Assembly (NCBI RefSeq): GCF_006345805.1
Contig: NW_021832821.1
Coordinates: 1-32,286 of the forward strand
Direction: 5' to 3'
DNA length: 32,286 bases
Source: Octopus sinensis
Lineage: Eukaryota
Shown here: piece by piece, positions 1-13,964 of the stretch
Position numbering within the stretch: position 1 is the first letter of the stretch
How the letters are laid out: each line of letters begins with the position of its first letter
Notes under the pieces: generated by a model
Told to the model about the DNA's origin: nothing
What the model saw: only the letters and a program-made list of their open reading frames with translations
Databases searched by the model: none
Program-made: the position numbers and the translations under genes

Positions 1-2
1 AA

Positions 3-86
3 GTAACAATCACAAAGCTCATCAGTTCAATGCCAAAAAGAGTTTCTGAATTAAGAACTGCAAAGTGAATGTCAACTAAATACTAA
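3..86 (+). mobile_element. C-terminal end of a decayed Tc1-type transposase (continues off the left edge)
   Basis: Frame from base 3 reads VTITKLISSMPKRVSELRTAK*MSTKY*, matching the typical Tc1 C-terminus (L..SMP.R...V..AKG..TKY*). The expected Gly codon is mutated to TGA at 66-68. Confidence 0.7.
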
Positions 87-365
87 AGTATGTAGTCCTA
101 CCTATCGATTACATTTCAATTGTTCGCTTTGCATATTAAATAAAAGAAAATTAAAGGTGTCTAAAGAAAGAGAGAGAGAGAGAGAAGGAGAGTGACGAAG
201 AGAATAAGAAAGCAAGAAAAGAAATTATGTCTGTGACTTATCAAGAATACTGTCAGCTATATGAATAGGCTAGAGCTGAGGAATAACACGGAAAGAGCCG
301 CGTTTTCAAATATAAATGAACAGCTAATTAGAAGTCATGCTGACGGAGAAGTTCTCCATAACACA

Positions 366-868
<503 letters not shown>

Positions 869-1525
869 CGTCATACATTCAGACATATATTCTAATGTTA
901 TTCCTATGTGTTTTAAGATTAAATTCGATCAGCGACAGACATCATTAAAAGACGTGTATCAATATTTCTCACCTCAAACCTTGTTTACAGAATCAGTAAT
1001 ATTGCAAATATATCTACAAAGTAGATGAATAGATGCTACCATTCTTTAACGACTTCTTTGACGTCATCGAAAACAATGATTCCATTTTTTTCTAAATTCT
1101 TCAAGTTTTCTTTTCATTTCTTTTTCTGTATTATCACCCATTTTACAATTTTTTTTTTTTGCCTTTGGCTGTCTTATACTTTTAATCTACTTACCTATTC
1201 GCCATTTCTTAATACCAGTTCTGTTTCCCTAGGATTTTGTTTTTTTCTTTATATTTTATGTCCATCCATATTATTTACAATTAATTGTGTCTGGAAATAT
1301 AAATATCATTTCGATGTGCTTTTTTTTTGGTCCTAAAATGTCAGTCGTTCATGTGTCTTATCTACAGATTTTGCTTTGGTTCCTCGTTATTAAAAAAAGA
1401 CGGAAGGAAAAAAGTGATTAAACTGTAAAATACGTTTTACTCCAATTAACCACAAGTAGGTCGTGCGGTTGGTGGAGAATTGTTTATTATCGACAACTAT
1501 GCAGCCGTTATTGATTCATGTATGC

Positions 1526-1526
<1 letters not shown>

Positions 1527-1560
<34 letters not shown>

Positions 1561-1583
1561 CATACATACACACACACACACGC

Positions 1584-1614
<31 letters not shown>

Positions 1615-1810
1615 CACATATGTATACATATATACATATTTCTATATATCTATCTATTCACATATACAAACACAAATGCAGAAACAAGAATGCAAAACCT
1701 TTTATATGAGGGTTCTATATATATATATATAAACTTACTTAAGAAATAGTAAATAATATATAATGTATATATATATGTGTGTGTATGTATATATATATAT
1801 ATACATACAG
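1527..1810. repeat. (TA)n/(CA)n/(CATA)n microsatellite cluster
   Basis: Directly visible dinucleotide and tetranucleotide runs. Confidence 0.9.
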
Positions 1811-1987
1811 GTCGTCACCAAGGAGTAAATTTGAAAAAGTGTGACACACTGACATTCACATTTATTATATTAGAAGGTGCTTTAGGTGAATCGACGGTTC
1901 TGAAATGGGTTGCAAAATCCAAACACGTGGATTTCAGCTTAGAAGACGGAAACTATTATGAAAGATCTTCAGAGTTAGACGATGATC

Positions 1988-2185
1988 TTTCTTTTGCTCG
2001 TTTCAGACATCAGAGTGCGGCCATGATGGAGCACCGCCTTGAAAAATTTTAGTCATACGAATCGACCCCAGAGCTCATTTTTTAAAGCCTGGTACTTATT
2101 CTATCGTTATCTTTTGACGAACCGCTAAGTTGAGGGAACATAAAATCACTAAAACGGAAGACAAGCGGTGGTGATGAGGCCAACG
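1988..2185 (-). mobile_element. 3' half of SINE family A (octopus-type tRNA-derived SINE with internal microsatellite)
   Basis: Reverse complement reads ...cttagcggttcgtcaaaagataacgatagaataagtaccaggc...ggggtcgattcgtatgactaaaa...aggcggtgctccatcatggccgc...ctgaaacgagcaaaaga, similar to 16720-16850 and 24901-24962. Confidence 0.8.
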
Positions 2186-2365
2186 CACACACAGACACAC
2201 ACTGCCGCTCCCAAACATATGCACATACATACATGCATACATACATACATACATACATACATACATACATACATACATACATACATACATACATACATGC
2301 ATACATGCATACACACATGCACGCACGTACGCGCACACACGCACAAACACATATACACACACACG
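2186..2365. repeat. (CATA)n/(CA)n microsatellite, probably the internal repeat of the adjacent SINE A copy
   Basis: Directly visible. Confidence 0.95.
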
Positions 2366-3897
2366 ATGGGTTCGTGAGCACTTAGTGAAAACTTGAAGCA
2401 CGAGGTTCTCGCAACCTGTCAAAGAAAAACCGATGCTATTCCATCTGTGACACGCTGTTAAAACGCAATGGAACTTAACCTTTCTTGAAACAATTGGTGA
2501 CTGGAGATGAAAAATGAATTGTCTAGAATAACACCAGGCTGAAGCTAGCCCCAGGAAGCGTGAGAACATACCAAAATAACAACCGTAACAGAATATTCAT
2601 GCCAAATATATTATTAACTGTGTCTGGTGAATTTCAAAGACAGTATTTATTATGAATGACGACCACGCAAGCAGACCATTTATTATCCAGTGTAATACTG
2701 CTAGCTGGTGAAACTGAATAACAAAAAAAAAACACCATGTGAGGCCAAAAGTAGCCAACAAAAACGGGCGGCATTCGAACGAAACAACACCAAACCTTAT
2801 CTGTCTTTGGTTGCCTGTACAAAACTGCATGAGCTTCGGTGACATCCTTTACGCGCATACACCTTACCTTCTCGACATTTCATTATCTAACTTAAATTTT
2901 TTTCGGGTTCCCTGCAAAATTCCTCGAACGGAAAATCAGTTATTGATTTTGATGTTAAAACCATTTGGATAACTTCTTTTCCTACAAGAAACCCAGTTTT
3001 ATACGTATGAAATTTTGAAGCTGTGGAATAGATGAACTAAATTTATTAACAAAACTACTTTGATAAATATAAATTCTTCTATGACAAATAAATTTGTTTT
3101 ATTTCCATCTTCCAGAAACACTAGAATTTTCTGGACAGCCTAATATTTCTAATGCTTGATGACTGGTTTGTATCTCTGAAATTCTTAGAGTTCTAAGGTT
3201 TCATTAGATTTCCCAGAAGAATGGAACTTTCAGGTTACTAGGTTGAAAGTAATGTCGATAAAATCATCTTAAGGAAAATGTCACATGTTATCTTAGACTG
3301 AAGCTTATAATCGAATCTGAAGCAACATCAGTTTTTCCACTTCAGAGATGGTAACACACTTCCACACCTGCAATACTTTTGACAGAAATTCTGAATTCAT
3401 CTTATTCTGCAAATATGCATAAAAATTGTACTTTCGAAATGTAAACAACATAAAAACAAACAAACTAGCCAACCTTTAAGTCTCACCAAATCGCTTCTTT
3501 TTTCGACAGTAATTTACATCGCTTTCGGTGATAATTTATTTATATATTTTCAGTTTTATATGATGTTTACCCATTATTTAGGCTTCGTGAATCCAAAATA
3601 TTGCAAAACCATGCTTTTACCGGCATATTTCCGTTGTATTTTTTTTCGCTTCTTTTCCTTCCTATTTCTGTTTTTCTTCTTATTATTTTTCTAGTTTCTT
3701 TCTATCTTTCTAATCTCAATCTCCAGCTACACAGGTGTGATAATGTATATCATGAGTGAATTGCTTTCATATCATATTCTATAAGTTTTCCATAAGCAAT
3801 TTTAAATTAGCTTAAGAAAAAACCAACAGATTTTAAAAATAACTACCCTTTAAAATCATGTTCATTAATATATGCTCATTATTTGAGGCGGCGGTGG

Positions 3898-4092
3898 CGG
3901 CGGCGGCCAACTGGCCGAATCGCTATTACACCGGGACAAATGCTTAGCGGTATTTCGTTCGTCTTTACACTTTGAGTTCAAATTCAGGCGAGAACTACTT
4001 TACTTGTTGTGCACTGGGGGGGGGGGGCGATGTAATCTACTTACCCGTCCCCAGAAACTGCTGGCCTTGTGCCAAAATTTGAAACCAATAAA
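3898..4092 (+). mobile_element. SINE family B copy, diverged and internally deleted
   Basis: Shares the head ggc...ctggccgaatcg...aaatgcttagcggtatttcg...gagttcaaatt and the gatgtaatc block with 24129-24356. Its tail ggccttgtgccaaaatttgaaacc resembles the tail of the 25120-25307 copy. Confidence 0.75.
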
Positions 4093-4302
4093 GTGCTCAT
4101 AATTATATTGAGGTCCAAATTCCACTTCAGCTCCCCAAAAGACATAATTCTACTGATTTTTTATGCAGCGTTTTGCTTTAGTTTTATGTATATCAACGTA
4201 CATTACTCCATCTCTTTTCTCACTCTCTCCCCCTTCACTCCTACTCTTTCGTTATCACTCAAGTCACTTCCCCGAAAAATACATCTATGAATGTTACATC
4301 AG

Positions 4303-4440
4303 TGATTATGGTGCTGGATGACAAACATTTGGTTCTGAGTTCCAACCCTGGATCGTGCGGCACATTCTGACCTTGGGAATATCACATAATCGCCCGTAGT
4401 TCCAGCATCCTCGACTGAAAATGAGTGCCAATGCTAGTGC
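4303..4440 (+). mobile_element. Highly diverged tRNA/CORE-type SINE remnant
   Basis: B-box-like gagttccaaccc, followed by a CORE-like tctgaccttgggaatatcac and cctcgactgaaaatgagtgcc. Confidence 0.4.
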
Positions 4441-5185
4441 ATCTCTCTCTCACCCCCTCTCTCTCTCTCAACTTGTCGCATCTTCGATATTCTTCTGGGT
4501 CAAAGTGTAGGGTGGAGCGAGAGTAGGTCTCAGTATATCTCTCCATCCGTGACTACATCATAAGAACTTAAAACAATGAATGCAGAGTACAGCTAAAACT
4601 TTACGTTCTTTTGTCAACCATTAAAATCTCCGTTACTTAAAAGCTAACACACCTAAAAAACACACTTTATTACAAAGGTTCATATGCTGGAAATTTGAGC
4701 ATTAATCTTCATATTCTCAAAACAAAAGATTAAGTATCCCATTAATATCCAAATGGAACCAACAACAACTAAACTGTATGACGCAGCTGCTGACAAACAT
4801 ACACCTTAAACCTAACGAAATTTTTTGTGAGCCCCTATGACCTGTAGATGATACACTTGAACAGACACAATCGATTACAACGTTCTAGATGTATGACTTT
4901 ATTCTGAGCAATAACACAACCCCAATTTTAAACAATAAAATATTCTCCATAACACCTCTACATCACGACCTACGCTACAATATAGTTAGCATTAAACAGA
5001 GCTCAGATTACCCGAGGAAATTCTATCTAAACAGAGACTATATAAAGCTAAGATATGTACCACAGTCCGATGATGGTTTAGTTGGCTGCAACTTCGAAGT
5101 CACTGTCATTATCATTCTTACTAAAGAATGGCAAAATTTGTATTCCACCAAAAGCATTGAGTAATCCTTCAGTTTAATGTAAATA

Positions 5186-5187
<2 letters not shown>

Positions 5188-5224
<37 letters not shown>

Positions 5225-5228
5225 ACAC
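5188..5228. repeat. (CA)n microsatellite
   Basis: Directly visible. Confidence 0.95.
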
Positions 5229-6056
5229 ATTTTCATTACGTACACGCTCACGTATATCTTATATATAGTGTATGAATGGAATATACACAGAAACACTGAT
5301 GACGAGACGCATCAGTAACATCTGCCAATCCTGAGACAGCTTAAACCAAAAATATCCAAAGTCTTCCTCAACCATTGCCGATATTCTTAAAAACAGTAAC
5401 ATTTATGATAAATAAACCAAAAACTGTTGATATCACCAATATCACTAATACCACCACATTCGTATATCGAATACACATAATCAGTACTTTATCTGAGATA
5501 TTTACAAGATTATCCTCTTCTAATTTACCGACTGCTTTCGTATTTCATTTTGGATTTGGTTAATGTATTCTTTTTTTTACCTCTGTTTCTTTGAAACTTG
5601 GATTTCTTAATCCTACCATTAAAAGATTGACTGCATCAAAGATTGTGCTCAGTGTTTACACATCTTATAGAACAGCTTAAGTAAAAATGACACGGATTAT
5701 GTCAGATAACCTTCCAAAATCACAATTAGTATATTTTTCAAGCTAAATGCTAAAACCGCATTTCTTTTGATGTTCGATTAGATTCTCGTTCTCTTTTAGA
5801 AAGTTAACCACCAGAGGCCATATTTACGTAATTAAGATTTTTTTTATTGTTTGTATTTTACTGAAAGTTCAGAGCTGTAAGTGGTTGTAAAATGAAGTTT
5901 CGGATCGCTATTAGAGCAACGACCGAGTTGATTAGAAAGTGTTCCAAGCGGAAATGTTACACTGACGTCAGCTGTTGTTGCTCTCGTTGTGTAGTCTCAT
6001 ATCTGCCTTGATTTACTACAGCTATAATTACAGGCCTTGTACACGTGACCTCATGA

Positions 6057-6190
6057 TGGCGAGATAGCAGAATCGTTGGAGCATCGCAAAAATATGCCCT
6101 GCAGTATTTCTTCTGGTTCTTTATATTCTAATTTCAAACACCGCTGATGTCAACGTTGTCTTTCATCTGTTCAGAGTCGATTAAGTCAAG
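6057..6190 (+). mobile_element. SINE family B 5' portion, old copy
   Basis: tggcgagatagcagaatcgttggagc...gtatttc...caaacaccgctgatgtcaacgttgtctttcatc aligns with the head of 24129-24356. Confidence 0.65.
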
Positions 6191-6584
6191 CAGCACTCAA
6201 ATAACGAACTCAAGTGCACCGAGGAAAACCATTCTCTCAACAAATAATGTTTTAATTAAAACGATGAGATATACATGACCATCTCGACCTTTTTACGTTT
6301 AGGAATATATTGTCCAAAGTGTCCTCGATTGTTAAAGATGGTAGGGTGTAATTTAAGGGATCCTTAGCTTATATTTCATGTATATGAGCGGCTGTGCAGG
6401 GATTCCAAATCGTCTCCATTACTTTGAGTATAACTGCTGTTGGTAGCAGACTGACATGAAGAAAAACTTGGAAGTTCATTTATGTGGATGTTTACAGTGA
6501 AAGAAATATATATCATAGCTTTCTGTTGTTTAATGGTCCTGTTTCTTCATAATGTAGGACCAGCCACCAGAGGGGGCTGCTCAG

Positions 6585-6733
6585 CGTACGGCTGGTGCTC
6601 AATTTCAGCTGCGTTGGCTAAAGTGAAACGAAATGCATTGCTAAAGAACACAACGCGCCAACTAGTCCAGGAATCGAAACCACGCCATTAAAATCGTGAT
6701 ATGAACACCCTAACAACTTGGCCACACACCTCT
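6585..6733 (-). mobile_element. SINE family C (tRNA head plus CORE-like domain), partial
   Basis: Reverse complement gaggtgtgtggccaagttgttagggtg...gtggtttcgattcctggac...gcgttgtgttctttagcaa matches the 22405-22667 copy. Confidence 0.75.
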
Positions 6734-6821
6734 ACTAGTTGTTATGTATTCAGCAAACTGTATTCCAGGTGTCTGTGCACACACACATATTTGTTAGTAG
6801 TCGTAGCTGAGTATGCGTGTG

Positions 6822-6860
<39 letters not shown>

Positions 6861-6997
6861 ATGGGATTATGGTGGTTGGGTGAGGAGCAAACAGACACTT
6901 GAGCTTTCACAACGGGAGGCTCTCCAGTACATACATGCAGACAGTATTGAGGCGTAAACAAACAGTGAGACGTACACAAACAATAAGCGTTGTGTAT

Positions 6998-7010
6998 AAT
7001 AATAATATTG

Positions 7011-7090
<80 letters not shown>

Positions 7091-7123
7091 AATAATAATA
7101 ACAACAACAATAATAATAATAAC

Positions 7124-7194
<71 letters not shown>

Positions 7195-7202
7195 CAATAA
7201 TA

Positions 7203-7250
<48 letters not shown>

Positions 7251-7303
7251 TAATAATAGTAACAACAACAATGATAATAATAATATTAAAAATAATAATA
7301 ATA
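6998..7303. repeat. (AAT)n array with interspersed GAT/AAC units
   Basis: Directly visible; source of the poly-N/I/L/Y ORFs. Confidence 0.97.
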
Positions 7304-7309
7304 AGTGAA

Positions 7310-7752
7310 TATACATATATATATATATGTGTACATGTATATATATATATACATACATGCATACATATCTATAAATGTACTTATGTATATATACATACAT
7401 AAAAGTATACTTACATATACATACACTCACAGACAGACACAGACACATATATACTAACACGACCACACGCACACACGCACAAACACACATTTTCTTGTTT
7501 TATGGACTGTTTGGAGAAATAATTTTTTAAAATCTCTTTATTTTTATACGGGAAAAGCAGTGTGCATACGTACATACCTATATATGTGTGTATCAATTGT
7601 GAGGAAGAGGGTATTTATGTATATGATGTTCTGCGAGTTAGTATATAAGTATGTCTATACATAATGTATACATACATACATACATACATTCATACATACA
7701 TACATACATACATACATAATACATACATACATACATATATATATGCATACAT

Positions 7753-7788
<36 letters not shown>

Positions 7789-7849
7789 TAAATGGATGAA
7801 CTATAAAACTATTTCACACATACAGTAAGAGCCATACCCATAATATATA

Positions 7850-7887
<38 letters not shown>

Positions 7888-7890
7888 TAT
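7310..7890. repeat. Cluster of (TA)n/(CATA)n/(CA)n microsatellites
   Basis: Directly visible, with short unique spacers. Confidence 0.85.
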
Positions 7891-8239
7891 AGTATGTGAG
7901 CATGTGTTTACGTATTCTAGATATGAATAGAAGCGTGTATACATCAGTGTGGGTGCATGTGTGTGTATGCGTGCGTGTGTGAGAGTGTGCTTGTGTATAA
8001 AAAGTTCTCTCCACCATCAAGAATTTACGCGTAGGATGCAACAGCATGGCGTCATACCAAGTCTCTTTTACCGAAGCCTTGAATCGAACCAAGCCATGTG
8101 TGTGAAATTAAACACCTCTGATGAAAACACTTCAGGCCTTTTGCTTAAAGCGGTAAGGGACCCCCACATGGAAAAGAGGGAAAGCAATACACAAAAAAGA
8201 AGCAGAACAATTTTTGTCAATTTGGAGACCGCCATGTCA

Positions 8240-8850
8240 GGAGTAGAGACACGTGTCTCATGAAGTCTGAATAAAATACTGGCTTTCTTTAGCATTTTAC
8301 GTAGTCATATACTACACGATGGCCCCAACGCAGTTTCGAGCGATGTCATGATTTGGTTACTATTTGAAAGCGGACTTGTCTCTTCAGTCCTGCTGCACAT
8401 CCGCACCCTTCCGCATAATCAATGAAGTTGCAATGATGGGCGCTTCTTGCAGTAGATGTTCAAAGAAATACTACCAACGCTGGCACATGCCTTCATTCCA
8501 TCATGGAAACTTTCATTTAGTCTTTTGCCGTTTTCGGCTACGGGCTGCCAAATTACGCAACACATAAATGAGATGCTAAAAATGAAGCAAGGCCGTGTGT
8601 GATGCTTCTTAAAGCGAGAAAAGGCAGGGTTAAGACCTGTGCAGCGTTACTACCACTCTCTAAACAAGGTATGCAATTTGTCCCGAGACGAAGAGCTGAT
8701 CTACGTCATTGGATAAAGAGAACGTAGTAAGAGATAGAGTGGAGTTTTCTTCTAGAAAGATTCCTGAACAAAGACCTCGGGTCTCCTACTCCCAGCTGTT
8801 GGATGACCGTAAACTCTACTGAGTTCGACCATACCTTGACAGGTTTTGTT
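8240..8850 (-). mobile_element. Strongly decayed RTE-like LINE reverse-transcriptase fragment
   Basis: The minus strand gives FGSP (8552-8541) followed, with a frameshift, by SFHDGMKA (FHDGMKA at 8508-8488). This resembles the RTE RT segment KFGCP...QFHDGM.A. Weaker matches: upstream FTVIQQL...YYVLFI, downstream PFQIVT and CV.A...MLK.A. Many stops; boundaries are approximate. Confidence 0.42.
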
Positions 8851-9039
8851 TTCTGTCTTGCAGAATGTCTAACAAAAACCACGCTCTTTACCAAGAAGAT
8901 CAGGTGGGGGTTGCCCATTTACTGACCGACGGCGCCGCCATGCGACAGATTGTACTGGGTTTAGCACTAAGCATGACATTCGTGCATACATTCACGTATA
9001 CAGGCATACGTACAGGTATGCAGATGTACGCTTGCACAG

Positions 9040-10375
<1,336 letters not shown>

Positions 10376-10477
10376 AATATACATACTCCTACTTGTAAAT
10401 TATAAGTATTGAAGTGTTGATTGAAGCTTTGAAAATATCAATAAAATCTAAAATCGTTTAGTATTAAGTGTTTTCCA

Positions 10478-10492
10478 TTATTATTATTATTA

Positions 10493-10560
<68 letters not shown>

Positions 10561-10561
10561 T
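10478..10561 (-). repeat. (TAA)n tract at the 3' end of the R4/Dong-like element
   Basis: (ATT)n on the plus strand, directly abutting the element's 3' UTR. Confidence 0.95.
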
Positions 10562-11209
10562 TTTTCTTCTTTCAAATTTTCTTCCATTTCTTGCCGAGTG
10601 TCTTCCCGACTCCTAGGGCAAGAAACTCATAGTGTATATTGGTAGGCCATTAAACAAACTCAGTAGTTCGTTCATTTTTTTTTTTTTTTTAAAGTTAAAT
10701 TAAAATACATGAGCAGCAACAGTCTCACATCGACAATGCTCTTCTCAATACGTGTGATGTACCAGTTAAGACAATCTTTTGCACTTCTTGCAGGGATGGT
10801 AAGCAGGGATCATTCTCATATAATTTTCGGTTCCCTTCTTGATCATTCCTAGTGCTCCTACGATCACTGGTATTGTAACCGCCTTGAGATGCCACATTTT
10901 CTCAATTTCAATGAGTAGGTCTTTATATTTTCTGAGCTTGTCAAACTCTTTCGCTGAGATATTATGATCACAGGGGATGCTCATGTCGATCAATAAGCAA
11001 ACTTTATTGTTTTGGTCTTTCACAACAATATCTGGTTTATTGGCCTTGATGGTTCGGTCTGTATGTACTGGAAAGTCCCACAGAATGGTTACATTTTCTC
11101 CTTCAGTTACAGCCTCAGGGTGGTGATTATACCACTTGTCGGCAGTTTTGATATTGTAATGCCGACTTATTAGCCAGTGGAGATATTGGCCAACTCTGTC
11201 ATGTCTTAA
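10562..11209 (-). mobile_element. 5'-truncated R4/Dong-clade non-LTR retrotransposon: restriction-like endonuclease (PD-(D/E)xK) C-terminus plus 3' UTR
   Basis: From 11206 the minus strand reads RHDRVGQYLHWLISRHYNIKTADKWYNHHPEAVTEGENVTILWDFPVHTDRTIKANKPDIVVKDQNNKVCLLIDMSIPCDHNISAKEFDKLRKYKDLLIEIEKMWHLKAVTIPVIVGALGMIKKGTENYMRMIP. After a 1-nt frameshift at about 10804 it continues LPSLQEVQKIVLTGTSHVLRRALSM* (stop 10727-10725). The RHD, KPD, LID..P.D and K..KY motifs of RLE domains are present. Confidence 0.9.
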
Positions 11210-11210
11210 T

Positions 11211-11250
<40 letters not shown>

Positions 11251-11251
11251 A

Positions 11252-11347
<96 letters not shown>

Positions 11348-11454
11348 GTTATCATTATCATTATCTTTATTATTATCATTATTATTATTATTATCATTAT
11401 TATTATTATTATCATTATTATTATTTTATATTATTATTATTATGATTATTATTA

Positions 11455-11497
<43 letters not shown>

Positions 11498-11513
11498 CAT
11501 TATATTATTATTA

Positions 11514-11565
<52 letters not shown>

Positions 11566-11692
11566 CATTATCATTGTCATTATTATTATCATTATCACTA
11601 TCATTATCATTATTATTATCATTATTATTATTATTATTATTATTAATATTATTATTATTATTATTATTATTATTATCATTATTAGTTATTAG
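11210..11692. repeat. Long (ATT)n/(ATC)n array
   Basis: Directly visible; forms the 5' flank of the Dong-like fragment. Confidence 0.97.
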
Positions 11693-11999
11693 TTAATGTA
11701 ATCTACATTTATGTCTTGGTATATTATTTTTAGCATTCTTTGTCTTTTAGTCATCATTATAAGATAATATTTTTCAACGTTCTGTTAGTTTAACGATTTA
11801 CCAAAATTTGTGAAGAATGTTTGTAAGGAATTAAAGAAGAAAATAAAACTGATTGGAAGCAGAAAGTGTTTTACGAATTACGAATTTACGAATTGAATAT
11901 GGAGCTGTCGAAGACTTTCTGATTTTCCTCATTGAGGTATTGGAATGGTTTCAAGCAAATAGCTTTTAGAAAATAGCATAACATAACAGCGCTGTTTAA

Positions 12000-12173
12000 T
12001 GGAGGTTGAAGGAGGAGATGGAGGAGGAGGAGGGGAAGAGAGGAAAGAGGAAAAAGAAGACGAAGGAGGAGGTAGTGAAAGAAGAGGAGGAACAAGACGA
12101 TGAAGTTAATGAAGGGCTGTAATAATAATAATAATAATGATAATAATAATAATAATAACATTGATGATGATGG

Positions 12174-12222
<49 letters not shown>

Positions 12223-12600
12223 AATGATGATAATAGCAATTATCATTGGCAGGATAAATTATAATGGCAACGTCTTTAGCGGATCGGAGAAGCAGCGAAA
12301 TCGAGGAATCGAAAAGCTGTGTTTAAGAACTTGCAATAGGAGGAAATTATAAGCACAAGTTTTCATCATTATCATCATCATTATCATCAACATCGTCGTC
12401 GTCTTTATCGTTCTTGTCGTTGTCATCATTATCATAATTATATATATATATATAAATATGTAATACATATATAAAAATATATATATTCATGCATTTATAT
12501 ATATGTATATATATAATATATATATATATATTATATATATATATATATAATATATACACATATGTATAATACATATAGATAATATACATATAATATATGT

Positions 12601-12652
<52 letters not shown>

Positions 12653-12667
12653 ACATATGTATTATAC

Positions 12668-12707
<40 letters not shown>

Positions 12708-12900
12708 GTATTATACATATGTATATATATATATTATAATATATATATAATATATATGTATACATATATACATATATATATATATACATACATATATACA
12801 TACATATATATGTGTGTGTGTATATATACATTCTATATCCCTGTGGTGGTTATTTTAACCTCTGTTTAAATGCATATATATATATATATTATATATATAT
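12000..12900. repeat. Low-complexity block: GGA-rich tract, (AAT)n to (GAT)n, (ATC)n, then a long degenerate (TA)n
   Basis: Directly visible. Confidence 0.9.
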
Positions 12901-13811
12901 ATTTCTGAGTCTATGTGTCAATATATTTGCGTGTGTGCGTGTATGTGTATATTTATAAATTGCCTAAATGAAGAATAATTAAAATACGTTTTCTTCATCA
13001 AGGTTATAAGACAAAGCATGCTACACGTTATTTTTTTCCTACTCTAATGCAGAATACATTATCTAATCTCTCTTTCTCTTCCCTCTCTCGCTCTCGTTTT
13101 GAAAAAAAAAAATCATGGCTGCCCTTCTAGAAGGTCTATCGCTCGTCTAAAGACACCATCTTTGCCCCGAGAGAAATATTTTTCTGCTTGGTGAATTTCA
13201 AATTAAATTATCGCAAAACTACATTAATTTTTTAATGAATTTCTTATATCATTTGAAATTTTACCTATGAATAATAAAACACACAGTATTATATTATACA
13301 AGCATTCACATTTTTACACACACTAATACATATACTCGCACATACACGCATACACATTCAAGATATGAGATTCCAATTAAGTCTGTTTTAACGCCTCAAA
13401 CATTAACATGCTATTAATACTCATGCATGAGAACATTAATATTCATGCATTAAGACGATACAGCATTGTACATATTACAAGGTGTAATTTAGTATCAAAT
13501 TACTTCTTAATGAGGTGTATCATTGTATGATACAAATTCATTTGCATAGTTTATAAGACAGAGAGAATGTGAGAGAGTTAATGAGAAAAAGAGAGATCTC
13601 AGCATATATTATTTTGGATTGTTTATTTAGCTCTATTTTTCACTTGTTTAACCAACTATACAGATATATTTCATCATGAAAAAAAAAAAGTATCCCCTCC
13701 GCTGATGATTGTGTATGTAACGTATAAAACTTTGAGAGTTTAAATCTACTTACCCATATGTTAATACATGTGGTTTAAATCTTTAAATCATTTAGATAAT
13801 TAACTGTACAG

Positions 13812-13875
<64 letters not shown>

Positions 13876-13964
13876 ATAAGCACTTATGTTATATATGTAC
13901 ACCCATAGAGTGAAATGTTTTGTAATCTTTTAGTAAACTTATTTGCGTTATTCTTTGACAACAC

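Larger units (their letters stand above)
1810..3145 (+). mobile_element. Decayed mariner (DD34D-type) transposon, interrupted by a SINE fragment and microsatellite at about 1988-2365
   Basis: The HTH region GALGESTVLKWVAKSKHVDFSLEDGNYYERSSELDDD lies at 1876-1986. After 2366 come SICDTLLKRNGT*PFLKQLVTGDEK*IV, then NCVW*, RPKVANKNG, and DILYAHTPYLLDISLSNLNFFR (the PHPPYSPDLAPSDYHLFR equivalent). Many stops and frameshifts. A mariner-like right TIR ending ...ttttctggacagcctaaTA lies at 3127-3145; no left TIR was found. Confidence 0.88.

Noticed and set aside
1195-1290. Minus-strand AG/GTAAGT-bounded 96-nt segment
   Set aside because: All three frames contain stops. It could only be a UTR or start exon (ATG GCG AAT AG), and nothing else supports that.
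5365-5545. Minus-strand open frame with a hydrophobic, transmembrane-like stretch (VVVLVILVISTVFGLFII)
   Set aside because: Bounded by stops, no convincing splice sites, and T-rich DNA yields hydrophobic peptides by chance.
6564-6578. CTCF-like motif ccaccagagggggc
   Set aside because: It mismatches the core consensus, sits next to a SINE remnant, and a single short motif is not evidence.
6867-7490. Poly-Asn, poly-Leu, poly-Tyr and poly-Ile ORFs
   Set aside because: All are frames of the (AAT)n array.
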